Assembly (NCBI GenBank): GCA_937934685.1 | Contig: CALGYU010000019.1 | Location: 7,373 to 71,372 of the forward strand | DNA length: 64,000 bases | Direction: 5' to 3' | DNA from: an uncultured Acholeplasma sp. | GTDB lineage: Bacteria; Bacillota_I; Bacilli_A; Acholeplasmatales; Acholeplasmataceae | In this document: piece by piece, positions 28,932 through 39,323 of the stretch | Numbering within the stretch: position 1 is the first letter of the stretch | Layout: every line of letters starts with the position of its first letter | Position numbers and translations under genes: made by a program | The notes under the pieces: generated by a model | The model's database searches: none | Told to the model about the DNA's origin: nothing | What the model saw: the letters and a program-made list of their open reading frames with translations, nothing else

Positions 28932-30485
28932 TTATTGCTTTATGAGTAGTTTCTCAACCGTTTCTTTGATGATATCAATATAAATGGTTTTATGATGAGT
29001 ATACGATAATTGATATCCGGGTTTACCGGGTATTTTTTTTAAGTTCTTAACCATAGTATAATCTACAGGAATTGAACTTGATTCTTTGAAACTAGAAAAA
29101 TATGCTGCAAGCATTGAACAAGTTCTAATGATCTGTTCATTTAAGCCATCACCTCTATAAATCACATGACTTCCAGAACCGTCTTTTATATGAAACCAAT
29201 AATCATTTCTACGAGCAATTTGACTTACCAAATACTCATTTTGACTACTGGATTTACCAATATAAATATGACCTTCTAAAAAAGGAAAATTTAAAATAGA
29301 TAACCCTTTTTTCTTTTTAGAAACACTTTTCTTAGAAGTAGTAAAACCCAAAGGCATGAGTTCAGATTCTAAGTCTTCTAAATCATGATCACTGATAAAA
29401 GATAGACTAGATAACAGGTCTTCATACCAAGTAATTAAATCAGAAACTTCATTTATATAGTGATTCATATGGTCAATGGTTCGTTTGGCCTTATGATAAA
29501 GTTTATAAAATTTTTGTGCATTTTGATTAATGGTCAACATCTCATCTAAATCAATGTGTTGGAAAGTAGTCAGCTTAATGTTTAAATCAAAACAGTTTTC
29601 ATAAAGAAAATCCGCATACTCTTTATAAATCAAGTTTTTTTCGGCAGTTAGTTTTTGTTGGGCTAAAACTGTTTTTTTCTTTCTTTGTTTTTTTAATTGA
29701 TTTTCAATAAAAAGTCTAATTGGTTTATCGTTTTTAACGACTTCCTTTTTACTCTCATGATCAAGTAATTCAGACAAGGTTTTAAATGATTCTACATTGT
29801 TATGATCAAAAATATTGAAAAAATAGAACTTTTGGTTAGATAAAGATAAAGTTGGTTCTAGTGAAATATCTTTGATTTTAACTTGAGGATGATTGATTAA
29901 ATATTTTGCTAAAAGAGAAGAAACGCCTTCATATTGATTGGTTATTTCCTTAAAATCAGTATAGTTATCAAATTCATAATCTAAAAAGCTTTTCTTGCTA
30001 GAAGGAAAAAACTCAAATTGTGCTTTAGGCATTAATTGTCTTAAAGTTAAGGAAAAACTTTTTTTAAAACAATCAATGATAATACCATCTTTAATCAAGT
30101 AAAGATTAGAATGCTTACCCATCGCCTCAAAAATCAATTGCTTAGTCATTGGCCCTTCTAAAAAATCATAAGTAGTAATATCTAAAACAATGACTCTGTC
30201 GGTATGATGTTGATAAATATCTTTAATGATGCCACCTTCTAAAAACTTTCTAATAGATAAGAAAAATTGATTAGATTCATGTTGCACATATTTTTTCTGA
30301 GTTATGTAAATGCCATTAGAATGCGGGTTTAAATCAATCTTTAAAAGACTTCTTTTCTTATCTAAGTAAGTCTGAAAAACAAAAGAGTCTTTATTAGGTT
30401 GAAAGACTTTTTCGATTCTAGAATGGATTAAATTTTCTTTTAATTCATTAATTAAGTGATAAATAAAAACGCCATCAAAAGCCAT
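28932..30485 (-). CDS. rqcH: Rqc2/RqcH (FbpA/NFACT) ribosome quality control protein
   Basis: MAFDG start, DRVI..., EAMGKHSN, NAQKFYKLYHKAKR, NFACT-R WFHIKD..GSHV, PVDYT. Confidence 0.9.
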   Translation of the reverse strand: MAFDGVFIYHLINELKENLIHSRIEKVFQPNKDSFVFQTYLDKKRSLLKIDLNPHSNGIYITQKKYVQHESNQFFLSIRKFLEGGIIKDIYQHHTDRVIVLDITTYDFLEGPMTKQLIFEAMGKHSNLYLIKDGIIIDCFKKSFSLTLRQLMPKAQFEFFPSSKKSFLDYEFDNYTDFKEITNQYEGVSSLLAKYLINHPQVKIKDISLEPTLSLSNQKFYFFNIFDHNNVESFKTLSELLDHESKKEVVKNDKPIRLFIENQLKKQRKKKTVLAQQKLTAEKNLIYKEYADFLYENCFDLNIKLTTFQHIDLDEMLTINQNAQKFYKLYHKAKRTIDHMNHYINEVSDLITWYEDLLSSLSFISDHDLEDLESELMPLGFTTSKKSVSKKKKGLSILNFPFLEGHIYIGKSSSQNEYLVSQIARRNDYWFHIKDGSGSHVIYRGDGLNEQIIRTCSMLAAYFSSFKESSSIPVDYTMVKNLKKIPGKPGYQLSYTHHKTIYIDIIKETVEKLLIKQ

Positions 30486-30646
30486 GTTAAGCACCTCTTA
30501 ATAAGTATATCACAAAAAAAATAGATTAATAACATATTTCTTTTGACATTTCAAGTTAAAATAGATAAAATCAAACATAATGACTTTGAAAACTGTTTAC
30601 ATTTTTTCATGACTAATATATAATATTGGAAGACGGGAGAAAAGCG

Positions 30647-31276
30647 ATGAAATTAAACGAACGCGGATTATTAGTTGTTCTTTCTGGACCATCGGGAGTT
30701 GGGAAAGGGACTGTAAGAAAGGCCCTTTTTGAAATGCAAAATCACAATTTAGTATATTCTGTGTCTATGACAACTAGAAAACCGCGCGAAGGAGAAGTAG
30801 ACGGACAGGATTATTATTTTGTTTCCAAAGAGGAATTTATCGAAGGAATAAAAAACGACAGATTTTTAGAATGGGCAGAATTTGTCGGTAATTATTATGG
30901 TACACCCTTAGATAAATTAGAAGATCAGTTAGAACAAGGAAAAGAAGTCGTCTTAGAAATTGAGGTTGAAGGTGCATTGCAAGTGCGAGAAAAAGTAAAA
31001 GATGCAATTTTTATTTTTATTGCCCCACCTGGTAAAAAAGCTTTATATGATAGACTTAAAAAACGAGGTACCGAAGAAGAAAGTATCATCAGACAACGCA
31101 TTGAAAAAGCAGATAATGAATTTATGTTGGCATATAAATATGACTACATTGTTGTCAATGATGATGTAAAAAATGCAGCAGATAGAGTTATGGCAATTAT
31201 TCGTGCCGAACATGCAAGAACTGAAAGAACCATTCATAACTATATTAAGATGTTGGAGGAGAATCATAATGAGTAA
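30647..31276 (+). CDS. gmk: Guanylate kinase
   Basis: SGPSGVGKGTV, SVSMTTRKPREGE, YYGT. Confidence 0.97.
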   Translation: MKLNERGLLVVLSGPSGVGKGTVRKALFEMQNHNLVYSVSMTTRKPREGEVDGQDYYFVSKEEFIEGIKNDRFLEWAEFVGNYYGTPLDKLEDQLEQGKEVVLEIEVEGALQVREKVKDAIFIFIAPPGKKALYDRLKKRGTEEESIIRQRIEKADNEFMLAYKYDYIVVNDDVKNAADRVMAIIRAEHARTERTIHNYIKMLEENHNE

Positions 31277-31481
31277 GAATAAAGATGGATTAAGATACCC
31301 ATCAATTGATAAGTTACTAGAGAAAATAGACTCAAAATATAAGTTAGTCTATGCAGCAAGTCAAGTAGCTCATATCATTGATGATGAAGAATTAGAATTA
31401 GATGATACCATTTCACAAAAATCTGTAGGACAAGCTTTAGAAGAAATTCTAAACGATAAAGTTGAAATAGAGTTTAAATAA
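31269..31481 (+). CDS. rpoZ: RNA polymerase omega subunit
   Basis: YPSIDKLL..IDSKYKLV, ALEEI; gmk-rpoZ synteny; GGAGG SD. Confidence 0.92.
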   Translation: MSKNKDGLRYPSIDKLLEKIDSKYKLVYAASQVAHIIDDEELELDDTISQKSVGQALEEILNDKVEIEFK

Positions 31482-31505
31482 TGCAGGAATGCATTATTTT
31501 TTTTT
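31476..31505 (+). terminator. Terminator after rpoZ
   Basis: aaataatgca-ggaa-tgcattattt followed by T run. Confidence 0.7.
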
Positions 31506-31545
31506 GTAATCATGATATAATTTAAATAAGGACAAGGTGAGAAAC

Positions 31546-32445
31546 ATGCTTAAACACGTGACGGTATTAAAAAATGAAACCATTGAATATTTAAACATCG
31601 ACCCTAAAGGCATTTATGTAGATGCAACTTTAGGTGGAGGTGGGCATAGCGAGGCTATTTTAGAAAAACTAACAGATGGTTTTTTATATGCTTTTGATCA
31701 AGATGCTTTTGCGATTAAAAAAGCTACAGAAAGATTATCTAAATACTCAAATTTTGAAATCATTCATTCAAATTTTGCACATTTAAAAGAAAAATTAAAA
31801 GAAAAAAATATTTCTCAAATAAACGGAATCATTTTTGATTTGGGTTTATCTTCCTTTCAAATTGATGATGCAGATAGAGGCTTTAGTTATTTAGTGGACA
31901 AACCACTGGATATGCGAATGAATCAAAATGATAGAATTAGTGCTAAGGAAATAGTTAATACCTACACATTTGAACAATTAAGAGACATTTTTTGGATATA
32001 TGGGGAAGAAAAAAATGCAGTGAGAATTGCATCAGAAATTGTTAAAAGAAGACCTTTAGAAACTACTTTTGATGTGGTACGTATTACAGATAAATTCAAA
32101 GGAAATCAAAAAGGACATAGTTCAAAAAGAGTATTTCAAGCGTTAAGAATAGAAGTTAATCAAGAATTAGAAGTTTTAAAAAAAGCGTTAGAACAAAGTT
32201 TAGAACTTTTAAAACCACAAGGAAGAATGGCTTTAATTAGTTTTCACTCTTTAGAAGACCGAATGGTTAAACATTTTTTCAAAGAACATAGTGAGGTAGA
32301 TATTCCAAAAGGACTACCCATCATTGAATTACCAAAAACAGCATTAAAGGTTATTACTAGAAAAGCTATTTTACCTTCAGAAGAAGAGTTAGAAGAAAAT
32401 ACAAGAAGTCGCTCTGCAAAACTTAGAGTTGCTGAAAAGAATTAA
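31546..32445 (+). CDS. rsmH: 16S rRNA m4C1402 methyltransferase
   Basis: [23 protein letters not shown]...[28 protein letters not shown]. Confidence 0.97.
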   Translation: MLKHVTVLKNETIEYLNIDPKGIYVDATLGGGGHSEAILEKLTDGFLYAFDQDAFAIKKATERLSKYSNFEIIHSNFAHLKEKLKEKNISQINGIIFDLGLSSFQIDDADRGFSYLVDKPLDMRMNQNDRISAKEIVNTYTFEQLRDIFWIYGEEKNAVRIASEIVKRRPLETTFDVVRITDKFKGNQKGHSSKRVFQALRIEVNQELEVLKKALEQSLELLKPQGRMALISFHSLEDRMVKHFFKEHSEVDIPKGLPIIELPKTALKVITRKAILPSEEELEENTRSRSAKLRVAEKN

Positions 32446-32455
32446 GGAGGAATCT

Positions 32456-32821
32456 ATGAACATCGCATTGATCGCTCATGATAAGAAAAAAGAACAATTA
32501 ATTAATTTTGTATCTAAGCACAAAGATGTTTTTAAAAAACATGTGCTATATGCAACAGGAACCACAGGTAAACTACTCATCGAAGCAACCGGATTAAATA
32601 TCCATAGAAAAAAATCTGGACCATTAGGGGGCGACCAAGAAATTGGTTCGATGGTTGCTAATCAACAACTAGATGTTGTGATCTTTTTTAGAGATCCATT
32701 AACCGCACAACCACATGAACCAGATATCAACGCTTTATTGCGTCTTTGTGATTTATATGAAATTCCTTTAGCAACCAATTTAGAAAGCGCAAAACTATTT
32801 ATAGAACATATTTCAAATTAA
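32456..32821 (+). CDS. mgsA: Methylglyoxal synthase
   Basis: [40 protein letters not shown]. Confidence 0.97.
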   Translation: MNIALIAHDKKKEQLINFVSKHKDVFKKHVLYATGTTGKLLIEATGLNIHRKKSGPLGGDQEIGSMVANQQLDVVIFFRDPLTAQPHEPDINALLRLCDLYEIPLATNLESAKLFIEHISN

Positions 32822-32837
32822 AGTAGGTTTAAAGATA

Positions 32838-32883
32838 AAAAAAGTTTTACACGTAGACAAGCGTCTTTATGTAAAACTTTTTT
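32838..32883. terminator. Long bidirectional terminator hairpin between mgsA and the Fur-family gene
   Basis: 14-bp arms aaaaaagttttaca/tgtaaaactttttt with inner agac/gtct stem. Confidence 0.75.
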
Positions 32884-32894
32884 ACTACATTGAC

Positions 32895-33329
32895 TTATTT
32901 TTTTACAACAGAAACGACCATTTGTATGTATTCAAGTTCTTCGTTTTCAAACAATGGATGAGAACTTATTACATCAAACAAACTTTTTTCCTGTGTTTCA
33001 GTAATATAAAGAGGATTTTTATCTTTATCTTTATATACAATGTGTATGTGACTGTCATGATTATGATTGGGATTGTTATTCGCAATATCATAATAAATCT
33101 CGCCATCAATTTTTAATTCCATCACAACTTTATTTTGAACAAAAAAATCCAAATTATTATAAAGTGTAGCCACGTTAGAAAACCCTTTTTCAGTTAATCT
33201 TTCTAAAATGGTTTTAAATGTCAAATGATCATATTCTAAAACATCTAATAAAGCTTTTCTAGCACTTGTTAATCTGAAATCTTTAAGATCTAAATGTGAG
33301 AAGAATTTAGAATAGTCTTTTTCTTTCAT
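32895..33329 (-). CDS. Fur/PerR-family transcriptional regulator
   Basis: RLTSARKALL, HLT, NVATLYNNL winged helix, YYD...HNHDSHIH; no CxxC motifs. Confidence 0.82.
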   Translation of the reverse strand: MKEKDYSKFFSHLDLKDFRLTSARKALLDVLEYDHLTFKTILERLTEKGFSNVATLYNNLDFFVQNKVVMELKIDGEIYYDIANNNPNHNHDSHIHIVYKDKDKNPLYITETQEKSLFDVISSHPLFENEELEYIQMVVSVVKK

Positions 33330-33457
33330 CATTAGCCCTCTTTTTCTAAGATATAGTAATTATACATAACTATTATACATAAAATAAAAAAATATGCCAA
33401 AAAAACATTTACCAAGTAATAACGCCTATATAATGATATAATAATAATGGTGATGAT

Positions 33458-34018
33458 ATGATAATTGTATATGGTGGAGCCTTTAATCCGCCGACAAAAG
33501 CACATTATGAAATAATTAAAATTGTCAATGATATCTTCAAACCTGAAGCTTTTATTTTGTTGCCTGTAGGCAATAAGTATCAAAAAAAAGAATTAATATC
33601 ATTTGATCACCGAGTTAAGATGCTTGAATTGATGGGTGAGAAACTACCTTTTGTCACCATCAGCAAATTAGAAGAAAACGAGAGTTTTAAGGGAACAGTT
33701 AATACTTTAGATCAACTAAAGAAACAATATGAAAACCAAAAACTCGTTTTATTAATTGGGGCAGATCAGTATGATGATTTGAATCAATGGATAGAATATG
33801 AAAGATTGATTAAAGATTATGAGTTTATTGTTATTTCTAGACCTAATTATTTAATGAATGTTAATCAATATGATGATTTGATGATAAAAGCTCGTTTTAT
33901 ACAGTATGAATCCGTCATTTCTTCAACTCAAATTAGAAAAAATGTAGATGAATATCAAAATGATTTATTAGAAGAAGTCTATCAATATATTAAAAAAGAA
34001 AATCTATATAGTAGGTGA
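33458..34018 (+). CDS. nadD: Nicotinate-nucleotide adenylyltransferase
   Basis: YGGAFNPPTKAH, IGAD, W, ISSTQIR; upstream of nadE. Confidence 0.9.
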   Translation: MIIVYGGAFNPPTKAHYEIIKIVNDIFKPEAFILLPVGNKYQKKELISFDHRVKMLELMGEKLPFVTISKLEENESFKGTVNTLDQLKKQYENQKLVLLIGADQYDDLNQWIEYERLIKDYEFIVISRPNYLMNVNQYDDLMIKARFIQYESVISSTQIRKNVDEYQNDLLEEVYQYIKKENLYSR

Positions 34019-34022
34019 TTGT

Positions 34023-35870
34023 ATGTATCAAAATGGATTTATAAAAATTGAAATGTTTACACCGAATTTGACTATTGGTCATCCAATGGCAAATGCAACT
34101 GAAGTCATTACTTTACTAAACCGTAGTAAAGCAAGCGTTGCTTTATTTCCTGAATTAACTTTAAGTGGATATACAGCAGGTGATTTATTTTATGAGAAAG
34201 CTTTTTTAGACGATGTTTTAAAAGCGCTGGCTCATATTTTAGAGAAAACAACTTACCAAGGTGTTTATATGATTGGGTTACCATTATTAGTTGATGGTAT
34301 TTTATTTAATGTTGCCGCAATCATCCAACAACAAAAAATCCTAGGAATTGTCCCTAAAAAGTTTATTCCTAACTATAAAGAGTTTTACGAAAAAAGATGG
34401 TTTCACTCAGGAAATATTTTAAAATCAAAACAAATTAATGTCTTAAACCAAAAAGTAAACTTTGGAGACATTTTATTTGTTAATGAAAAAAATGATTTAG
34501 TTTTAGGGGTAGAAGTTTGTCAAGATATGTGGACATCTTATGCGCCTAGCGATTTAATGGCTTTAAACGGAGCACACTTACTATTTAATCTATCTGCCTC
34601 AACAGAACACATTAAAAAACCAATTACTAGACGTAATACGGTTATGGAACACTCTAGAAAGCAGTTTAGTGGGTATTTTTATACCAGCAGTGGTGTAACA
34701 GAATCAACCACAGATCTTGTTTATTCTAATCATAAAATAGCTGCTGTATTGGGTGAAGTTATAGGTGAGAAAGACTTTTTTAATCAAGATTTATCTTTGG
34801 TTGTTGATGTGGACGTCGATAGCATCAAACATCAAAGAAGAATTGATTCTACTTATGCAGATCAGAAAAAATATTATGAACATGATTATTTAATTTCAAA
34901 TTTCATAATCAATGAAACCACAGATTTTTTGTTTGAAGAAAAAATTGATCAAACACCTTTTATTCCTAAAGTTAATCATCAGGAAGAAGTTATTTTAGCA
35001 AGCAAAATTCAAACAGAGGCTTTAAAAACCAAACTTAAAAGTAATCCAAATCTTAAAATCATCATCGGAATTTCAGGTGGGTTAGACTCAACTTTAGCGC
35101 TTTTAACAGCGGTAAGAGCGATAAAAGAATTAGGAAGAGATCCAAAAGAGATTATCGGAGTAACCATGCCTGCAAAACCAACTTCAAAAAGAAGTAAGAA
35201 CGATGCGATTGATTTAATGGAGAAACTTCAAATTACTTCTATGATGATTCCAATAGAAAAAGCGGTCAATGAACACTTAGAAACCTTGAATCATAAAGAA
35301 GAAGATATAACCTATGAAAATACTCAAGCACGTATGAGAACTTTATTTTTAATGAATCTAGCAAATAAACATCAAGGCTTTGTTTTAGGCACAGGTGACA
35401 TGTCTGAAATAGCTTTAGGTTGGATGACATTTAATGGTGATCACATGAGCATGTATAATATCAATGCTGGGGTGACTAAAACATGGGTGAGACAACTGGT
35501 TAAATATTATGCAGAAAATGAATTTAAACATGTTAAAGACATTTTAACTAGTATATACCAAGCACCTATTTCACCAGAATTAAAAGAAGAACAAATAACA
35601 GAAGAAACAGTTGGCTCTTATGAAATTAATGATTTTATTTTATATCATTATTTAGTTAATGGTGCCAGCAAACAAAAAATAGAATGGCTATTGGCTAAAG
35701 CTTTTAACATGTCTTCAAAAGCATCATTTGAGTATGTAGAAAGATTTTTCAATCGTTTTTACGGACAACAATTTAAAAGACAATCCATGCCAGAAGGACC
35801 AAAAATATTACAAGTTAGTTTATCTCCAAGAGGCGAGTTAAGATTACCAAGTGATATTAGAAGAAAGTGA
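34023..35870 (+). CDS. nadE: Glutamine-dependent NAD+ synthetase
   Basis: Nitrilase-like domain (FPELTLSGY, PNYKEFYEKRWF, EVCQD) fused to ISGGLDST, ENTQARMR, GTGDMSE, QQFKR. Confidence 0.96.
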   Translation: MYQNGFIKIEMFTPNLTIGHPMANATEVITLLNRSKASVALFPELTLSGYTAGDLFYEKAFLDDVLKALAHILEKTTYQGVYMIGLPLLVDGILFNVAAIIQQQKILGIVPKKFIPNYKEFYEKRWFHSGNILKSKQINVLNQKVNFGDILFVNEKNDLVLGVEVCQDMWTSYAPSDLMALNGAHLLFNLSASTEHIKKPITRRNTVMEHSRKQFSGYFYTSSGVTESTTDLVYSNHKIAAVLGEVIGEKDFFNQDLSLVVDVDVDSIKHQRRIDSTYADQKKYYEHDYLISNFIINETTDFLFEEKIDQTPFIPKVNHQEEVILASKIQTEALKTKLKSNPNLKIIIGISGGLDSTLALLTAVRAIKELGRDPKEIIGVTMPAKPTSKRSKNDAIDLMEKLQITSMMIPIEKAVNEHLETLNHKEEDITYENTQARMRTLFLMNLANKHQGFVLGTGDMSEIALGWMTFNGDHMSMYNINAGVTKTWVRQLVKYYAENEFKHVKDILTSIYQAPISPELKEEQITEETVGSYEINDFILYHYLVNGASKQKIEWLLAKAFNMSSKASFEYVERFFNRFYGQQFKRQSMPEGPKILQVSLSPRGELRLPSDIRRK

Positions 35871-35876
35871 TGAAAA

Positions 35877-37013
35877 ATGAGTAAAAAGAAAAAAGTATTA
35901 TTAGGATTATCAGGCGGAGTAGATAGTAGTGTTTCAGCATTACTTCTTTTAAAACAAGGTTATGATGTAGAAGGTGTTTTCATGCGTAACTGGGATAGTG
36001 CTACCAATGCCGATGTTAAAGGAAATCCAACAGCAACCGATGATATGTGTGAACAAGAAAAAGACTATCAAGATGCCTTGAAAGTAGCCACACAATTAGG
36101 CATTAAACTACATAAAGTTGATTTTATTGATCAATATTGGGACCGAGTTTTTGAGTATTTTTTAGATGAATACAAAAAAAACAGAACACCAAACCCAGAT
36201 GTTTTATGTAACAATGAAATTAAATTTAAAGCATTTGTTGATTATGCACAAAAATATAACCCCGACTATATAGCAATGGGGCATTATGCACAAATAGATC
36301 ATTCAGTTAAAGGGGCGCCTGTTTTAATCAAAGGACATGATAAGAATAAGGATCAAACCTATTTCTTATCACAATTAAAAACAGAACAATTAAGTAACGT
36401 CTTATTTCCGATTGGCCATCTAGACAAAAGCGAAGTAAGAAGAATAGCTATAGAAAACAATTTAGCAAACGCAACTAAAAAAGATTCAACAGGCATTTGT
36501 TTTATTGGAGAAAGACATTTTAATGAATTTTTAAGTAATTATCTACCTGCTCAAAAAGGAGATATGAAAAAATTAGATGGCACTTATGTAAAACCACATT
36601 TCGGTTTAATGAACTACACTATTGGCCAAAGAAAAGGCTTAGGTATCGGTGGAACCAAAGAAGGTCAAGACCCATGGTTTGTAGTCGGAAAAGACTTAGA
36701 AACCAATACACTTTATGTTGAAACAGGATACAACCATCCATATTTATTCAGCGATGAAGCAATCATTACAGAAGTTAAGTGGCGTGGACCAAAACTAGAT
36801 GGCAACATGAAAGCTAAGTTTAGATACAGACAACCAGATCAAGATGTATTTGTTGAATGGTTAGATGATGAAACCATTAAAGTTAAATACCCGCAAAAAA
36901 TTAAAGCTGTAACGCCAGGACAAGTTTGTGCCTTTTATCAAGGAGATGTTTGTTTAGGTTCAGGATTTATCAATGAAGTATTTTCCGAAGGTGTCAAACG
37001 AAAATATAGTTAA
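35877..37013 (+). CDS. mnmA: tRNA 2-thiouridine synthase MnmA
   Basis: SGGVDSSV, TPNPDVLCN, KDQTYFL, KKDSTGICF, TIGQRKGL, PGQ. Confidence 0.98.
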   Translation: MSKKKKVLLGLSGGVDSSVSALLLLKQGYDVEGVFMRNWDSATNADVKGNPTATDDMCEQEKDYQDALKVATQLGIKLHKVDFIDQYWDRVFEYFLDEYKKNRTPNPDVLCNNEIKFKAFVDYAQKYNPDYIAMGHYAQIDHSVKGAPVLIKGHDKNKDQTYFLSQLKTEQLSNVLFPIGHLDKSEVRRIAIENNLANATKKDSTGICFIGERHFNEFLSNYLPAQKGDMKKLDGTYVKPHFGLMNYTIGQRKGLGIGGTKEGQDPWFVVGKDLETNTLYVETGYNHPYLFSDEAIITEVKWRGPKLDGNMKAKFRYRQPDQDVFVEWLDDETIKVKYPQKIKAVTPGQVCAFYQGDVCLGSGFINEVFSEGVKRKYS

Positions 37014-37024
37014 TGAGGTTTAAA

Positions 37025-39247
37025 ATGCTAGAAACGATTACAGGAAGTCTTAAATCATATTTATTTCATAACGAAGATAATGGATATTCTATTGCGAAAA
37101 TTGAATTAGAAGAAGACCAAAAAATAGTTACGGTAGTTGGTTATTTTCCAAGACTTAATGATGATGTTACCTATGAATTTAATGGTCAATGGGTTACCCA
37201 TTCCACTTATGGACAACAATTTAAGGTCGAAAGTTTTAAGCAATTAGAAATTCAAAGTAAAACAGGATTGGTTAATTATTTATCCAGTTCTTTTTTTACT
37301 GGAATTGGACCTAAAACTGCGTTAAAGATTGTTGAAACCTTTGGCGAGGATGCGATAGAAAAAATTATTGCAAATCACACCATTTTAAAAGAAGTAGGAC
37401 TAAATCCTATAAGATCTCATAGATTATATGAACAAATATTAGATAACAGAAAACAAGAAGAAGTCTTGGTTCAACTTTATGGTTATGGACTAACTTCAAA
37501 AGTCTCTATGAAACTTCTAAACGCTTATGGAGATCGTTCAATTGAAAAATTAAAAGAAGACCCATATCGTTTAATGTATGAAATAGAAGGGTTTGGTTTT
37601 TTAAAAGCTCATGAAATAGCTAAAAAATTTGGGTTAACAAACTCTGATGAAAGAAGCATTAAAGCAGGAATCGTTTATGTACTTGAAACAATGGCATTTC
37701 AACAAGGTCATTTATATGCAACTAAACTAGAATTAACAGAAGGTGTGACTCAATTACTAAATGAACCACTTGAAATTGCTACTGCCTTAGAAAAATTAAT
37801 GAATGAAAACAAAGTAGTATCTGAACAAGATTTTTACTTTTTAACGCTCATTTATCATACGGAAGTAGCTTTAGCAGCTAAAATTGCAGCTTTATCAACA
37901 GATAATACGTTAGAAGTTGATGAAAATAAAATTAAAGATTTGATCACTTTTGTAGAAAGACAAAAAAGCATCCAATATACTGAGAAACAAAAACTAGCGA
38001 TACTAACAGCACTTAAAAATCCAATGACCATTATTACAGGTGGTCCAGGAACAGGAAAAACAACCATCATTGATGGTATCATTAAAGTTTATCAACTTTA
38101 CTACGGACTTAATTTTAAAGAAAACCTTCAAGCAGCGCTTATGGCTCCAACCGGTAGAGCCTCAAAAAGAATGAAGGAACTATTAGATTTACCAGCTCAA
38201 ACCATCCACAGACAATTAGGATATAATTTTGATGGCCATTTCACTTATGGGATAGATAATCCTTTAAGAGAAAAACTACTCATTATTGATGAAGCATCCA
38301 TGATTGACATTTTTCTAGCTAAAAGACTATTTGATGCGATTAGAACTAACCAACAAGTTATTATCGTGGGGGATGAGGATCAACTACCATCTGTTGGTCC
38401 AGGCAATGTATTAGGAGATTTAATTGCTTCTAATGTCCTTCCAGTAGTTAAACTAAATGAAATACATCGACAAGCTCAAGACTCTCATATCATCTCATTG
38501 GCTCAAGCGATTAATAGGCAAGACTTACAATATGAAGATTTAAGAACGAATAACGATGTCTTTTTTAAAAAAGGTAGTATTCAAGAAATCAAAGAGACCA
38601 TTGTAGGACAGATCAAAGGTGCGATAAATAAAGGTTATAGTTTGAATGATGATATTCAAATTTTAATCCCAATGTATAAAGGTGACATTGGGATAGATGA
38701 AATTAATAAACTGATTCAAAAAGAATTTAATCCTCAATCAGAAAAAAACTCGATATCATTAGGAGATAAAACCTATTATTTAAATGATAAAGTCATTCAG
38801 TTAGTTAATGATCCTGAAAAAGGAGTCATGAATGGCGATATTGGTTTGGTAAAAGAGTTTGGGTATGATAAAGATTATAAACCATACATTGAAGTGTCTT
38901 TTGATGAAAATAAAATAAGATATTATAAACAAGATTTAGAAGAACTCAATTTAGCATATGCAATTAGTATTCATAAATCACAAGGTAGTGAATATCCAAT
39001 TGTTATTTTACCCATCATAAGACAATATTTACACATGTTAAAAAAAGAACTCATTTACACTGCTATTACAAGAGCTAAGAAATATTTACTTGTTTTAGGT
39101 GATATGAATCTATTAACCTTTGCGTCTAATCAGTTATCTGAAAGAAGAAGAACGACTTTAAAGGATAGATTAAAAGCTTATGAAAATGATTTTGATAAAA
39201 TAGACTTAATAGAAGAGGAAGATAACATATCTCCATTTGATTTTTAA
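37025..39247 (+). CDS. recD2: ATP-dependent RecD2 DNA helicase
   Basis: YGQQF, GIGPKTA HhH, GFGF, GGPGTGKTT, DEASM, GDEDQLPSVGPG, HKSQGSEY, YTAITRAK. Confidence 0.96.
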   Translation: MLETITGSLKSYLFHNEDNGYSIAKIELEEDQKIVTVVGYFPRLNDDVTYEFNGQWVTHSTYGQQFKVESFKQLEIQSKTGLVNYLSSSFFTGIGPKTALKIVETFGEDAIEKIIANHTILKEVGLNPIRSHRLYEQILDNRKQEEVLVQLYGYGLTSKVSMKLLNAYGDRSIEKLKEDPYRLMYEIEGFGFLKAHEIAKKFGLTNSDERSIKAGIVYVLETMAFQQGHLYATKLELTEGVTQLLNEPLEIATALEKLMNENKVVSEQDFYFLTLIYHTEVALAAKIAALSTDNTLEVDENKIKDLITFVERQKSIQYTEKQKLAILTALKNPMTIITGGPGTGKTTIIDGIIKVYQLYYGLNFKENLQAALMAPTGRASKRMKELLDLPAQTIHRQLGYNFDGHFTYGIDNPLREKLLIIDEASMIDIFLAKRLFDAIRTNQQVIIVGDEDQLPSVGPGNVLGDLIASNVLPVVKLNEIHRQAQDSHIISLAQAINRQDLQYEDLRTNNDVFFKKGSIQEIKETIVGQIKGAINKGYSLNDDIQILIPMYKGDIGIDEINKLIQKEFNPQSEKNSISLGDKTYYLNDKVIQLVNDPEKGVMNGDIGLVKEFGYDKDYKPYIEVSFDENKIRYYKQDLEELNLAYAISIHKSQGSEYPIVILPIIRQYLHMLKKELIYTAITRAKKYLLVLGDMNLLTFASNQLSERRRTTLKDRLKAYENDFDKIDLIEEEDNISPFDF

Positions 39248-39271
39248 AAAGAGTGAAAAAACTCTTTTTTT
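39246..39271 (+). terminator. Terminator after recD2
   Basis: aaaaagagt-gaaaaa-actcttttt followed by T run. Confidence 0.7.
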
Positions 39272-39283
39272 ATAGGCACGCAA

Positions 39284-39295
39284 GTGCACGTGCAC
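39284..39295. promoter_or_regulatory. Perfect palindromic operator-like site GTGCACGTGCAC
   Basis: 12-bp GC-rich palindrome with central CG in an AT-rich intergenic region, upstream of the promoter. Confidence 0.6.
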
Positions 39296-39323
39296 AAAAA
39301 AGGGATAAAATCATTGGATATAA

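Noticed and set aside
31173-31268. Long N-terminal extension of rpoZ, and similar upstream extensions of rluB, der, gmk, mgsA, the AAC(3) gene and the lipoprotein
   Set aside because: Longest-ORF artefacts; SD position and family N-termini point to downstream starts
32850-32877. dif-like layout CACGTAGACAA-GCGTCT-TTATGTAAAAC (right arm resembles a XerD arm)
   Set aside because: Left arm and GC-rich spacer do not match known dif sites; the sequence is fully explained as the bidirectional terminator hairpin between convergent genes
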